Virus genome (UHGV): UHGV-0785298
Direction: 5' to 3' (one strand)
Source of the DNA: a virus
DNA: 21,138 nt
This document shows positions 6,429 through 13,597 of the stretch, one piece after another. The notes below the pieces were generated by a model, which worked only from the letters and a program-made list of their open reading frames with translations, had not been told where the DNA came from and did no database searches. The number at the start of each line of letters is the position of its first letter. The stretch's first letter is position 1. The position numbers and the translations under genes were made by a program.

Positions 6429-9185
6429 TTATGCCCTGATAATGGAATTTGAAATAACGTCCAAGTAATCCGAAGAATTTTCAATCGGGTTCAGGGCGCT
6501 TGGTTTGTAATTCTCTTTCAAGAACCGGACAACACGATGACGTTCTACGGTCATGCGGTTCGCCTTTTTCGCGTTCCGTGTTGGCGTCTTCAGTAAATCA
6601 AACGGCACGAATCCATGAATCCTCAGAACTTCCGATGCGTGACTGAAGATTTGCAACATGCGTTGTTCAGCGCGGAACACCCTTTCATCCCGCTCATTGG
6701 TGTATAGATTCAGATTCAGAGTGCTGATCGTATCCTGGAAATGTTTGAAGCGGCGAACCTCATGGAGGGAAACACTACGCTTCGACATCGCCTGATAATG
6801 GCGGATAGTTTGTTCGTCCAAGATATCGTCAACATAATCCAGCATTTGGTTATACCGATTAACCAGCTGATTATAACGCCCGTCTTCCCCTTCACCGAAC
6901 GCCTGTTTTACCAGATGACACCCGTATTTCAGGCGATTAGAACCAAGGTGAAGTCTCTGATGAGATTTCAGCAACCGTATCGCGTTGTGGCGTTCCAGCA
7001 TCGGCTTGGCATTCTCCAACATAATCTTCAGGATTTCGTCGATCGGGATGAAGACCTCTGGGAACTTCTTCATCATCGGAACCGATTTGCGACGAGCCAA
7101 GAATATTCTGTCGTGAACGTTGAGCATATCTTTGATGTACACAGGCTTGCTATCTTCATCCGCGTGAACGGCATGTTTGTAGAGAGACTCGCGAATACCC
7201 CGCGCCGCAGCTGTGGTCAACGTTCTGTCCATCACCTGATGGATACACTCATAGCCAGACACCTCAATATAGACGATGCGCTCGCCCTTGTTTATGATAT
7301 CTGAGATCTGGTCGCCCGTCAGTTCTTCATACTGGTATATGTCGAAGTTGCTGCGCGTGAACGGAAACAGGCCAGGGTCTTTGGTGACCGGGGGCGTGAC
7401 ATACGCCAGTTCGTTCATGAACTTAACTTCAGCAGGCTCCAACACCGCACTCAGCCAATCGACGAACTTGTCAGCGAAGCACAGATAATCAACCGTCGTT
7501 TCTTCTTTACCAATCCAAGTTTCAAAGAAATCATAGAGAGCCTGAGAATTCTTGAACGCAGGGTTGTCCTTAGATTGGTTGCGCTTGGTGACATAGGATG
7601 TGTTCGGCTTGGCCACGATGACTATCGTCCCTGTATCTTTCAGCTGCTTGATCTTCAGGTTACGAGCACGAACACTATCTTCGATCACCACAGTAACATG
7701 CTGGCCGCGATCAATCCACTTCTGGATTTCTGAAATGGTCAGGGTACTGGACTCACCCCAGTCATAGAAGATCTCCATAGAGAACGGCGATGACAGCTCA
7801 TTGAACGGCGCGGTATGGTCATAATCGCGATCAATCTCAACAGGCAGCGGGTAACGGTAATATGAATCATGAAAGCGCTTGTCTGCCGGGTATTCCTTTT
7901 CAACCATCTTGCGGAACCCACTGCCGAACATTTCACTCAGTTTTGCCTTCTCCATATACAGGGCAAGAGGACCGCGCTTACACGCCAGCTCTAGGTCACG
8001 CATCTTTTCTGTCAAGATTGCATTGGCGGTGCCCTTAAACTCCTCAGAGAGCGTCTCACGCGTGAATTCGTCATATGAAAGGTCTTCACGCGACGGCGGT
8101 ACGTTCAGCGAGCCGAGTTCGAAGAACGTATAGGACGATGGAAACTTGCTCATGATAGAGGAAGTGTCTGGATCGAGCTGATTCAGGTCAATCGGGTACG
8201 ACACGCCACCCATTACAGCATAATGGGTGTTCCCCTGGCCTTTCGGCTGGATGTACGTGTTGTTGACCTTGAAATCATAACTGATATCTTCCCAGCTGAA
8301 GCGGTATGAAGCGTTCTCAACAATTGGGCGCTGTTCAGGGCGCATAACACGACCAAGACGGACCAGTTCATCGGAGAATGCAGAGAAACGAGCGTTCTTC
8401 ACCGGGATCTTCACCGTCATGCCGTTGAACTCATCGGTGTCTTCCGGCTTAGGATCACGGGTTTCAAGATCTTTGGTGATCAGATCAACAGTCGGGATAC
8501 GCTTGGCATTCAGGTACATCAGGAAGCGATGGAGTTTACCGTCCATGCGGCTTTCCACTGTGAACGAATCCGATACCGCAAATGGTGATTTGGAGCCAAG
8601 ACCGAATGCCCCAATCTGATCATCATCTTCTTCCTTCGTACTGTGGAAGAGAGTGGTATACAACCCAGGCGTACGAATGATTTCACCATCTTCGCGACGG
8701 AACACTAGACCACCATTATAGAACGCAGGCACGCCGATGACCTCAGCTGAGTCAGGGATCTCATCTTCCTTAACCACCATGTTGCCTTCCAGCAGCACCT
8801 CATCTTCCTGCGCTGGGATAGGCTCGCCAATGATCTTCTCAAGTGGCAGACCGATGCCGTAATCACGTATTTCCAGCCATGGTTCAAAGTCATCAGGTAG
8901 ATGCACAACAACCTGCTTACCCTTCGGTGCAAGGTATTTGCTATGGCGGGCAGGAGGCGGAGTGAGAGGCGCGTAGTGGGATGCCATCACACGGTGCATA
9001 CGATCACGCATGCCATGGGAGTCGATGGCGTTACAGACGGTTTCGCGCAGGGCTGCAGCCTCTTTGTAACGATACAATGATGAGAACAGAGTCTCAAACA
9101 TCTTATCGTTCATCTTCACGTTGAACGCCTGCCCCTGAATGGAAGACGACGAGCGGATAAAGTGCTCGGACTTGCGCATTTTCAT
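6429..9185 (-). CDS. rIIA: rIIA protein (GHKL/Bergerat-fold ATPase domain)
   Basis: 918-aa ORF immediately upstream of rIIB. N-terminal Bergerat ATPase motifs: ETVCNAIDS (ExxxNxxD), RDYGIGLP (DxGxG), GAFGLGSKS (G2 box). Size and rIIA-rIIB synteny are as in T4-type phages. Confidence 0.75.
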   Translation of the reverse strand: MKMRKSEHFIRSSSSIQGQAFNVKMNDKMFETLFSSLYRYKEAAALRETVCNAIDSHGMRDRMHRVMASHYAPLTPPPARHSKYLAPKGKQVVVHLPDDFEPWLEIRDYGIGLPLEKIIGEPIPAQEDEVLLEGNMVVKEDEIPDSAEVIGVPAFYNGGLVFRREDGEIIRTPGLYTTLFHSTKEEDDDQIGAFGLGSKSPFAVSDSFTVESRMDGKLHRFLMYLNAKRIPTVDLITKDLETRDPKPEDTDEFNGMTVKIPVKNARFSAFSDELVRLGRVMRPEQRPIVENASYRFSWEDISYDFKVNNTYIQPKGQGNTHYAVMGGVSYPIDLNQLDPDTSSIMSKFPSSYTFFELGSLNVPPSREDLSYDEFTRETLSEEFKGTANAILTEKMRDLELACKRGPLALYMEKAKLSEMFGSGFRKMVEKEYPADKRFHDSYYRYPLPVEIDRDYDHTAPFNELSSPFSMEIFYDWGESSTLTISEIQKWIDRGQHVTVVIEDSVRARNLKIKQLKDTGTIVIVAKPNTSYVTKRNQSKDNPAFKNSQALYDFFETWIGKEETTVDYLCFADKFVDWLSAVLEPAEVKFMNELAYVTPPVTKDPGLFPFTRSNFDIYQYEELTGDQISDIINKGERIVYIEVSGYECIHQVMDRTLTTAAARGIRESLYKHAVHADEDSKPVYIKDMLNVHDRIFLARRKSVPMMKKFPEVFIPIDEILKIMLENAKPMLERHNAIRLLKSHQRLHLGSNRLKYGCHLVKQAFGEGEDGRYNQLVNRYNQMLDYVDDILDEQTIRHYQAMSKRSVSLHEVRRFKHFQDTISTLNLNLYTNERDERVFRAEQRMLQIFSHASEVLRIHGFVPFDLLKTPTRNAKKANRMTVERHRVVRFLKENYKPSALNPIENSSDYLDVISNSIIRA

Positions 9186-9258
9186 AGTATAGAAATCCTA
9201 TCAATGTCAAAGGGGAACATATTGGTTGAGTGGGTATAATACGGTGGGCGTCTTCAAT

Positions 9259-9285
9259 TGAAAAAGCCCTCGACTGAGGGCTTTG
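9259..9285 (-). terminator. intrinsic-terminator-like hairpin
   Basis: Stem AAAGCCCTC / GAGGGCTTT (9 bp) with loop GACT at 9263..9284; a T5 tract follows on the minus strand. Lies between the gene ending at 9292 and the rIIA start. Confidence 0.55.
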
Positions 9286-9291
9286 TTCAGA

Positions 9292-9639
9292 TCAATCTTC
9301 GGTGGCAAATCGCGCCTGGAAGTCGAATGTTGGGCGCTGGGCACCAGGTTCCAACTTCTCTTCCAGATAGCCGATGATGGTGCGAGTGACCGACACAGGC
9401 TCTTTGCGTGGGTTGACTGGAGTAGCCAGCGCGATGATAGAGGACTGCTGCTCTTCTACACGCGTGTATTCCACATTGAAGTGATAGCGAGAACCAAAGG
9501 CCGCCACTTCGACTTCAACGATTTGTAGATCTTTCAGGTCAGTGCTGCTCAGGGTTCCCACGTTCAACTGTGAGCGCAGATGCTCAACAATGTTAGAATA
9601 CACATACTGTGGGGTGATCAGCTGTTCAATAGAACTCAT
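9292..9639 (-). CDS. hypothetical protein
   Basis: 115-aa ORF, ATG at 9639 with GAGGA 7 nt upstream. Confidence 0.55.
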   Translation of the reverse strand: MSSIEQLITPQYVYSNIVEHLRSQLNVGTLSSTDLKDLQIVEVEVAAFGSRYHFNVEYTRVEEQQSSIIALATPVNPRKEPVSVTRTIIGYLEEKLEPGAQRPTFDFQARFATED

Positions 9640-9780
9640 AACATATCCTCTACTTTTTGGGTTCGGTTTTACTTAATCGAGCGACCTCTGCTCGAAGGAA
9701 GATTATCTCGTCGGTCATCAAACATCACCCATGATCTGGCCAACTTTGGAGTGTCTGCAGAAAGATCCTTCAGGCACTCC

Positions 9781-9981
9781 TCACTTACGTTTGCGCTTGT
9801 TCTTTCCATAGGTCTTCGCCTTCTTCTTGCGGGTTACAGATGGACGACCATGTCCCGGTTCGCCGGGTGTGCCACCCTGAGTGTAACGACGCCCCCACAT
9901 GTCATCACCACGATGCGCGGCGACGATTTCCATTTCTGACAGCGCTAGCATAGCAGCAACAGCCGCAGATGATTTCTTCAT
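9781..9981 (-). CDS. small basic protein with Lys/Arg-rich C-terminal tail
   Basis: 66-aa ORF whose ATG overlaps the upstream stop (ATGA at 9978..9981); the tail is TRKKKAKTYGKNKRKRK. Confidence 0.45.
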   Translation of the reverse strand: MKKSSAAVAAMLALSEMEIVAAHRGDDMWGRRYTQGGTPGEPGHGRPSVTRKKKAKTYGKNKRKRK

Positions 9982-10433
9982 TTTGTTTCCCCCTTGGCAG
10001 CATAGGACAGTGCCTGAACAATCATTACAGCCAGATCGATCGGTGAGTAGGTGCTGTTCAAATCTTCTCGAACACTCTGCTCGATTTCTTCATCAGACTG
10101 GACCACAGGACAGTTCTTCCCCTGGCGACGGCGTTCTGTGTTGATCATATCACGCAGGAGCAGATCGGTGAAGGAGTACTCGTCAAAGTTCTCCAGGTAT
10201 TTCTGAATCCCAGTGGATACAGGGGTTTGCTCCGGCTCCTGTGCCCCAGGATCTTTCAGGGCAGCAACAGTGGCATCAATATCCCACAGAGGGTTCATCA
10301 GTAACAGAAGATTAACTGTTTCTCCTGACTCTGAAGTCGGGTTATTTCCCAGCACCTTGTAAAGATTCTTCAGGGTACTGTCAAAGGTCAGAACGGTCTG
10401 CGCCAGTTCTTCATAAGTTGGTTTGGTAGTCAT
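9978..10433 (-). CDS. hypothetical acidic protein
   Basis: 151-aa ORF, ATG at 10433; no recognisable motif. Confidence 0.5.
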   Translation of the reverse strand: MTTKPTYEELAQTVLTFDSTLKNLYKVLGNNPTSESGETVNLLLLMNPLWDIDATVAALKDPGAQEPEQTPVSTGIQKYLENFDEYSFTDLLLRDMINTERRRQGKNCPVVQSDEEIEQSVREDLNSTYSPIDLAVMIVQALSYAAKGETK

Positions 10434-10492
10434 CAGCGTTTGCTCCGGCGTTTGTTCTTCATCTTTCTTGGCTTGTCTGTCATGTCTTGTCC

Positions 10493-10533
10493 ACGAAAAA
10501 GGGGATAGAGCAATAATACCCTATCCCCTTTTA
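10493..10533 (-). terminator. intrinsic-terminator-like hairpin (family A)
   Basis: 12-bp stem AAAAGGGGATAG / CTATCCCCTTTT with loop AGCAATAATACC; a T5 tract follows on the minus strand and a TTTTATTG tract on the plus strand. Confidence 0.6.
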
Positions 10534-10544
10534 TTGAAGAACGA

Positions 10545-10958
10545 TTAGACTTCAGATTCTACTTTCCCGCCTCGTAGATCCCGAACTGGTTTACCGTCCG
10601 GTGTCATCACATAAATGGTGTTGATTGTCTCAAACCAAGACAGCTGGTCAACACCCTCGGTGTATGGAGTCACCGGAACAGAAGTCTTGACCTCTTTGCC
10701 TTTCGTGTTCGGATGTTCAACCACATCCAAGAACGCACATTTCCCGCTCGGAAGGATCACACCATCAGTAAACAGCACGATCTTCTTGCGAGGGTTGCTG
10801 GCCTCACCCAGGCACACCACCAGATGATGGATCATCTCGGGGCGGTCAATCAACAAGTCGTCTTTGATAATCCCTTGCTTGATAGCAGAGATCACTACTT
10901 CATCCAACAGAGCCTGCTGTTGTTCCAGTGTCAGGGATTCAGTGAGTTTCACGCTCAT
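10545..10958 (-). CDS. hypothetical protein
   Basis: First ATG at 10958 (MSVKLTESL...), 4 nt after the LemA stop; 137 aa. The ORF-track start at 11027 would overlap LemA. Confidence 0.5.
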   Translation of the reverse strand: MSVKLTESLTLEQQQALLDEVVISAIKQGIIKDDLLIDRPEMIHHLVVCLGEASNPRKKIVLFTDGVILPSGKCAFLDVVEHPNTKGKEVKTSVPVTPYTEGVDQLSWFETINTIYVMTPDGKPVRDLRGGKVESEV

Positions 10959-10962
10959 GACA

Positions 10963-11532
10963 TCAGCCTTTGAAGTTAATCGGTTTCTGAATACCAGCGT
11001 CGAACGCGGCCTGGGTACGGGTATCACTCACCACCTGACAGGTCTTGTCAAGGTCGATACGCGGGTAGCCGAACATGCCAGCAATCAACGAACCAGGGAA
11101 CTGAGCCAGCTTGGTTTCGTATATTGTGCAGATATCCAGCTTCTTGGTCTGGCTGATGCGGAATTCATCACGCCCAGAACTGATCACCACCTGGATCTCT
11201 TTGTACAGGCTGGAATCGAACTGAATATTCTGCTCCTGGATCCACTGCATGACGGCCTTGGAACCATCAGCGCCATAACGCCCTTCGAACGTGCCTTTGA
11301 TCACTTCCTTCAGGCCGTCTTTATACATGTCAGGAATCTGCGCCGTCTCTTGAACTTTGAGCGTGTAGTTGCTCAGGTAGTTCTCGGAGTCTTTGTTGAA
11401 CTTCTTGACCTGCTGCTCAGTGCGGTTGAAGTCGTTGAAGTAGCTGATGACTGTACCGATGCCGAGAATCACTACACCCAGCAAAGCCAAACCAATTATC
11501 CAACCTGTTGCAATACCCTTAGATTGAGACAT
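10963..11532 (-). CDS. LemA-family membrane protein
   Basis: 189 aa with an N-terminal TM helix (WIIGLALLGVVILGIGTVI) and a C-terminal RDEFRISQ...IYETKLAQFPGSLIAGMFGY that matches the LemA signature (RxDYN...YNTAIxxFPxNxVAGMFGF). Strong Shine-Dalgarno AAGAGGAAG upstream. Confidence 0.65.
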   Translation of the reverse strand: MSQSKGIATGWIIGLALLGVVILGIGTVISYFNDFNRTEQQVKKFNKDSENYLSNYTLKVQETAQIPDMYKDGLKEVIKGTFEGRYGADGSKAVMQWIQEQNIQFDSSLYKEIQVVISSGRDEFRISQTKKLDICTIYETKLAQFPGSLIAGMFGYPRIDLDKTCQVVSDTRTQAAFDAGIQKPINFKG

Positions 11533-11550
11533 TCTTACTTCCTCTTTTGA

Positions 11551-12666
11551 TTAAAAATTAAACGGATAACGACGACGGCCACCATTGTACTCCATTCGCT
11601 GTAATATGAAAATTGCGGTGAACGGTAGACAGCCCAGTAGAACAACAATCACAACTTCCCAGGTCTTGAGTTCCCGCCACTTCAGGTACTCCATTTCCTT
11701 CATCTCAACGCGGTTGTAGCCTTTGGTGATGTTAGCGACAACATCAGCCATGACACCGACACCCATGTCGTGGCCTGTGAGAGCCATGCCATTGCGAGAA
11801 TGGAGTTCACGGTTATGCATACCATCAGCGAACGAAGTGCTCTTGCCCCAGTTGATCTTCAGGTCTTTGTTGATGTCGGTCACGACGATAACGTCGTTCT
11901 TTTTACCACCATCCCAAGCATAGACCAAGCCCTGGAAGTATTCAACTGGCTGACCGGAAGTCACAACCCAGACGATGTTCACCTGCTTGGCTGCGCCCAG
12001 CTTCTTCAGGACATCGTTCAGATAGTCGTTCCAGTATGTGGTCGGTAACGCCAGACCAGACACATTCAGTACACGAGTGACGCGATAGTAGTCATAGACC
12101 TCAGGGTACTTGGGAATCTTGTCTTTGAAGCGCTCAGCAAACTGCTGGTCCGAGCGAGAGAACAAAGAGTCCTTGTTACCCAGCACATAGTTCATGTAGG
12201 AATGCTCACGAGCTGCGGGTTCGCCGATCTGAACCTGCGCCCAGCGCGGGGGCTGACCAAGACCGCGACGATCAATGCGGTCAATCGTCAGATTACCGAC
12301 AGTCGTCAACACATCCCAGTCCACGTCATATGAATGCTCATAACATGTACTGCAATGGCGAGTGCGGGTACAGGACTTGCTGCTGCCGGAGCCGGAGCAT
12401 GATGTGGTGTAGTAGCAGTTGCATTCATATGAATGCTCACAGCTCACCTTATTCCGCTCCTTTGCAGTGACGTACCCGTTCAGGATCTCAACATCCCCTG
12501 AACTGCCAAGGGAGAACGCAGCATAAGTCCCCGCCTGAATCAGACAGGATAGCACCACTACAATCGCGGTCGCTATCAGAGTCTCTTTCGGCTCATGGGT
12601 CTTGCGGTGGTAGGCCACAAACAAAATAGCCAGTACCAATGGCACACCAAACAGGAGGTAGATCAT
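11551..12666 (-). CDS. membrane protein with Cys/His-rich segment and TPM-like domain (putative LemA partner)
   Basis: 371 aa: N-terminal TM helices, a Cys-rich block (CEHSYECNCYYTTSCSGSGSSKSCTRTRHCSTCYEHSY), then IVWVVTSGQPVEYFQGLVYAWDGGKKNDVIVVTDINKDLKINWG resembling the TPM-domain core (VVVT...W.IG.KGKDNGVLLLV...RKVRIEVGYG), and a C-terminal TM helix. The ATG overlaps the upstream stop (ATGA). Confidence 0.45.
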   Translation of the reverse strand: MIYLLFGVPLVLAILFVAYHRKTHEPKETLIATAIVVVLSCLIQAGTYAAFSLGSSGDVEILNGYVTAKERNKVSCEHSYECNCYYTTSCSGSGSSKSCTRTRHCSTCYEHSYDVDWDVLTTVGNLTIDRIDRRGLGQPPRWAQVQIGEPAAREHSYMNYVLGNKDSLFSRSDQQFAERFKDKIPKYPEVYDYYRVTRVLNVSGLALPTTYWNDYLNDVLKKLGAAKQVNIVWVVTSGQPVEYFQGLVYAWDGGKKNDVIVVTDINKDLKINWGKSTSFADGMHNRELHSRNGMALTGHDMGVGVMADVVANITKGYNRVEMKEMEYLKWRELKTWEVVIVVLLGCLPFTAIFILQRMEYNGGRRRYPFNF

Positions 12667-12881
12667 TTGGATTCACCGACGAGCTGCGCCTTGGTCATCC
12701 CAAGGAGTTGATCTTTATGCTCAGGATTGGCACCGTTCTTTAACAACAAATCCCAACGCTCTTCATGGTACTGTGGGTCCAGTGCTTCATCAAATGTGAT
12801 GTGGTGGCGGAACATAATAGTTGCCACTGAATGGACACAGTGAGCGATTGCGCGCTTCATTGTTCGGGTATTCTTGATCAT
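12663..12881 (-). CDS. hypothetical small protein
   Basis: ATG at 12881 overlaps the upstream stop (ATGA); 72 aa. The ORF-track start at 12902 is a TTG. Confidence 0.45.
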   Translation of the reverse strand: MIKNTRTMKRAIAHCVHSVATIMFRHHITFDEALDPQYHEERWDLLLKNGANPEHKDQLLGMTKAQLVGESK

Positions 12882-13102
12882 CTTGTACACCCTCCGACAC
12901 AAATGATATTCAGTTCGCCACGGACAAACCCATTCTTACCGGAGGATTTGTTGCCGTTCAGCATTTTCCACAGCCCATCAGCGTCGCCCAATTCCGGCAT
13001 CTGATACTGTACCACAGGGGTCTTGCGATCTTCTTCGAGCATTACAGACACCATAGATTCGATATCCAGGGAGTCCATATCTTCAATTCGTTGCATTGCC
13101 AT
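12878..13102 (-). CDS. hypothetical small acidic protein
   Basis: 74-aa ORF, ATG at 13102 with AGAGGA upstream. Confidence 0.5.
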   Translation of the reverse strand: MAMQRIEDMDSLDIESMVSVMLEEDRKTPVVQYQMPELGDADGLWKMLNGNKSSGKNGFVRGELNIICVGGCTR

Positions 13103-13114
13103 AGTGAAATCCTC

Positions 13115-13312
13115 TTAATAGAGTTTGGTGTATGTTTGTTTGACACACATAAAAGTGCTCATATATCTTTGTGATTCCACCAAATGAGCAAACGCCTTTT
13201 CTGCCGAACTCTTGTCCTTGAACTCCAGAACGGAAGTGTCTACTGCAATAGATTGATTCTTCCCGTCGAAGCCAACGGTTGTCACTAAGATCTTATAATC
13301 TTGGGTTTCCAT
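13115..13312 (-). CDS. hypothetical small protein
   Basis: 65-aa ORF, ATG at 13312 with AAGGA upstream. Confidence 0.5.
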   Translation of the reverse strand: METQDYKILVTTVGFDGKNQSIAVDTSVLEFKDKSSAEKAFAHLVESQRYMSTFMCVKQTYTKLY

Positions 13313-13325
13313 GATGTATATCCTT

Positions 13326-13368
13326 GCAAAAGAAAGGGGAACGGGCTAATAATAACCCATTCCCCTTT
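13326..13368 (-). terminator. intrinsic-terminator-like hairpin (family A)
   Basis: 9-bp stem AAAGGGGAA / TTCCCCTTT enclosing loop CGGGCTAATAATAACCCA; on the minus strand it is followed by TTTCTTTTG, then an AAGGA Shine-Dalgarno and the ATG at 13312. Confidence 0.55.
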
Positions 13369-13393
13369 ATTGAAGGAAGCAACCCCAGTCAGA

Positions 13394-13561
13394 TTACTTT
13401 TTCTTCAGCTCGTCCAGTTTGGCTTCGATCTGGTCCAGAATCTCTTTGCCTTTCTGAACAATCACTTCACCATCTTGCGCGTGTTTACGGAAGACCAGAG
13501 CACCAGCGATGAAGCCGACAACCGCGCCAGGAAGCGCATAAACCAGCAGATCTTGTAACAT
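13394..13561 (-). CDS. small single-pass membrane protein (not in the ORF track)
   Basis: Hand translation from ATG 13561..13559 to TAA at 13396..13394: MLQDLLVYALPGAVVGFIAGALVFRKHAQDGEVIVQKGKEILDQIEAKLDELKKK (55 aa), one TM helix and a charged helical tail. A GAGGA Shine-Dalgarno lies 9 nt upstream, inside a hairpin arm. Confidence 0.5.
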   Translation of the reverse strand: MLQDLLVYALPGAVVGFIAGALVFRKHAQDGEVIVQKGKEILDQIEAKLDELKKK

Positions 13562-13597
13562 GATAATATCCTCGCTTTATAGGCGAGGATATTTATA
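13562..13597 (-). promoter_or_regulatory. TATAAATA (T4 late-promoter-like octamer) followed by an 8-bp hairpin that contains the downstream gene's Shine-Dalgarno
   Basis: The minus strand reads TATAAATA at 13597..13590, immediately followed by stem ATCCTCGC / GCGAGGAT (13567..13589) whose 3' arm contains the GAGGA used by the small ORF starting at 13561. This is the only TATAAATA in the window. Confidence 0.3.

Noticed and set aside
6398-6484. N-terminal extension of rIIB to the TTG at 6484 (MKILRITWTLF...)
   Set aside because: It would overlap the 3' end of rIIA by 56 nt and starts at TTG; the first ATG at 6397 just downstream of the rIIA stop is the more plausible start.
6741-7304. 187-aa plus-strand ORF (and other plus-strand ORFs within rIIA/rIIB such as 5987..6439)
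   Set aside because: Embedded antisense in rIIA/rIIB; no plus-strand gene in the window has a motif or start context.
9184-9210. Sigma70-like promoter (TTGACA ... TATACT) upstream of rIIA
   Set aside because: The spacer is only 13-15 nt and the -10 candidate abuts the rIIA ATG, leaving no 5' UTR or Shine-Dalgarno; likely fortuitous.
10864-11550. 228-aa plus-strand ORF
   Set aside because: Antisense to the LemA gene, which has a recognisable family signature; shadow ORF.
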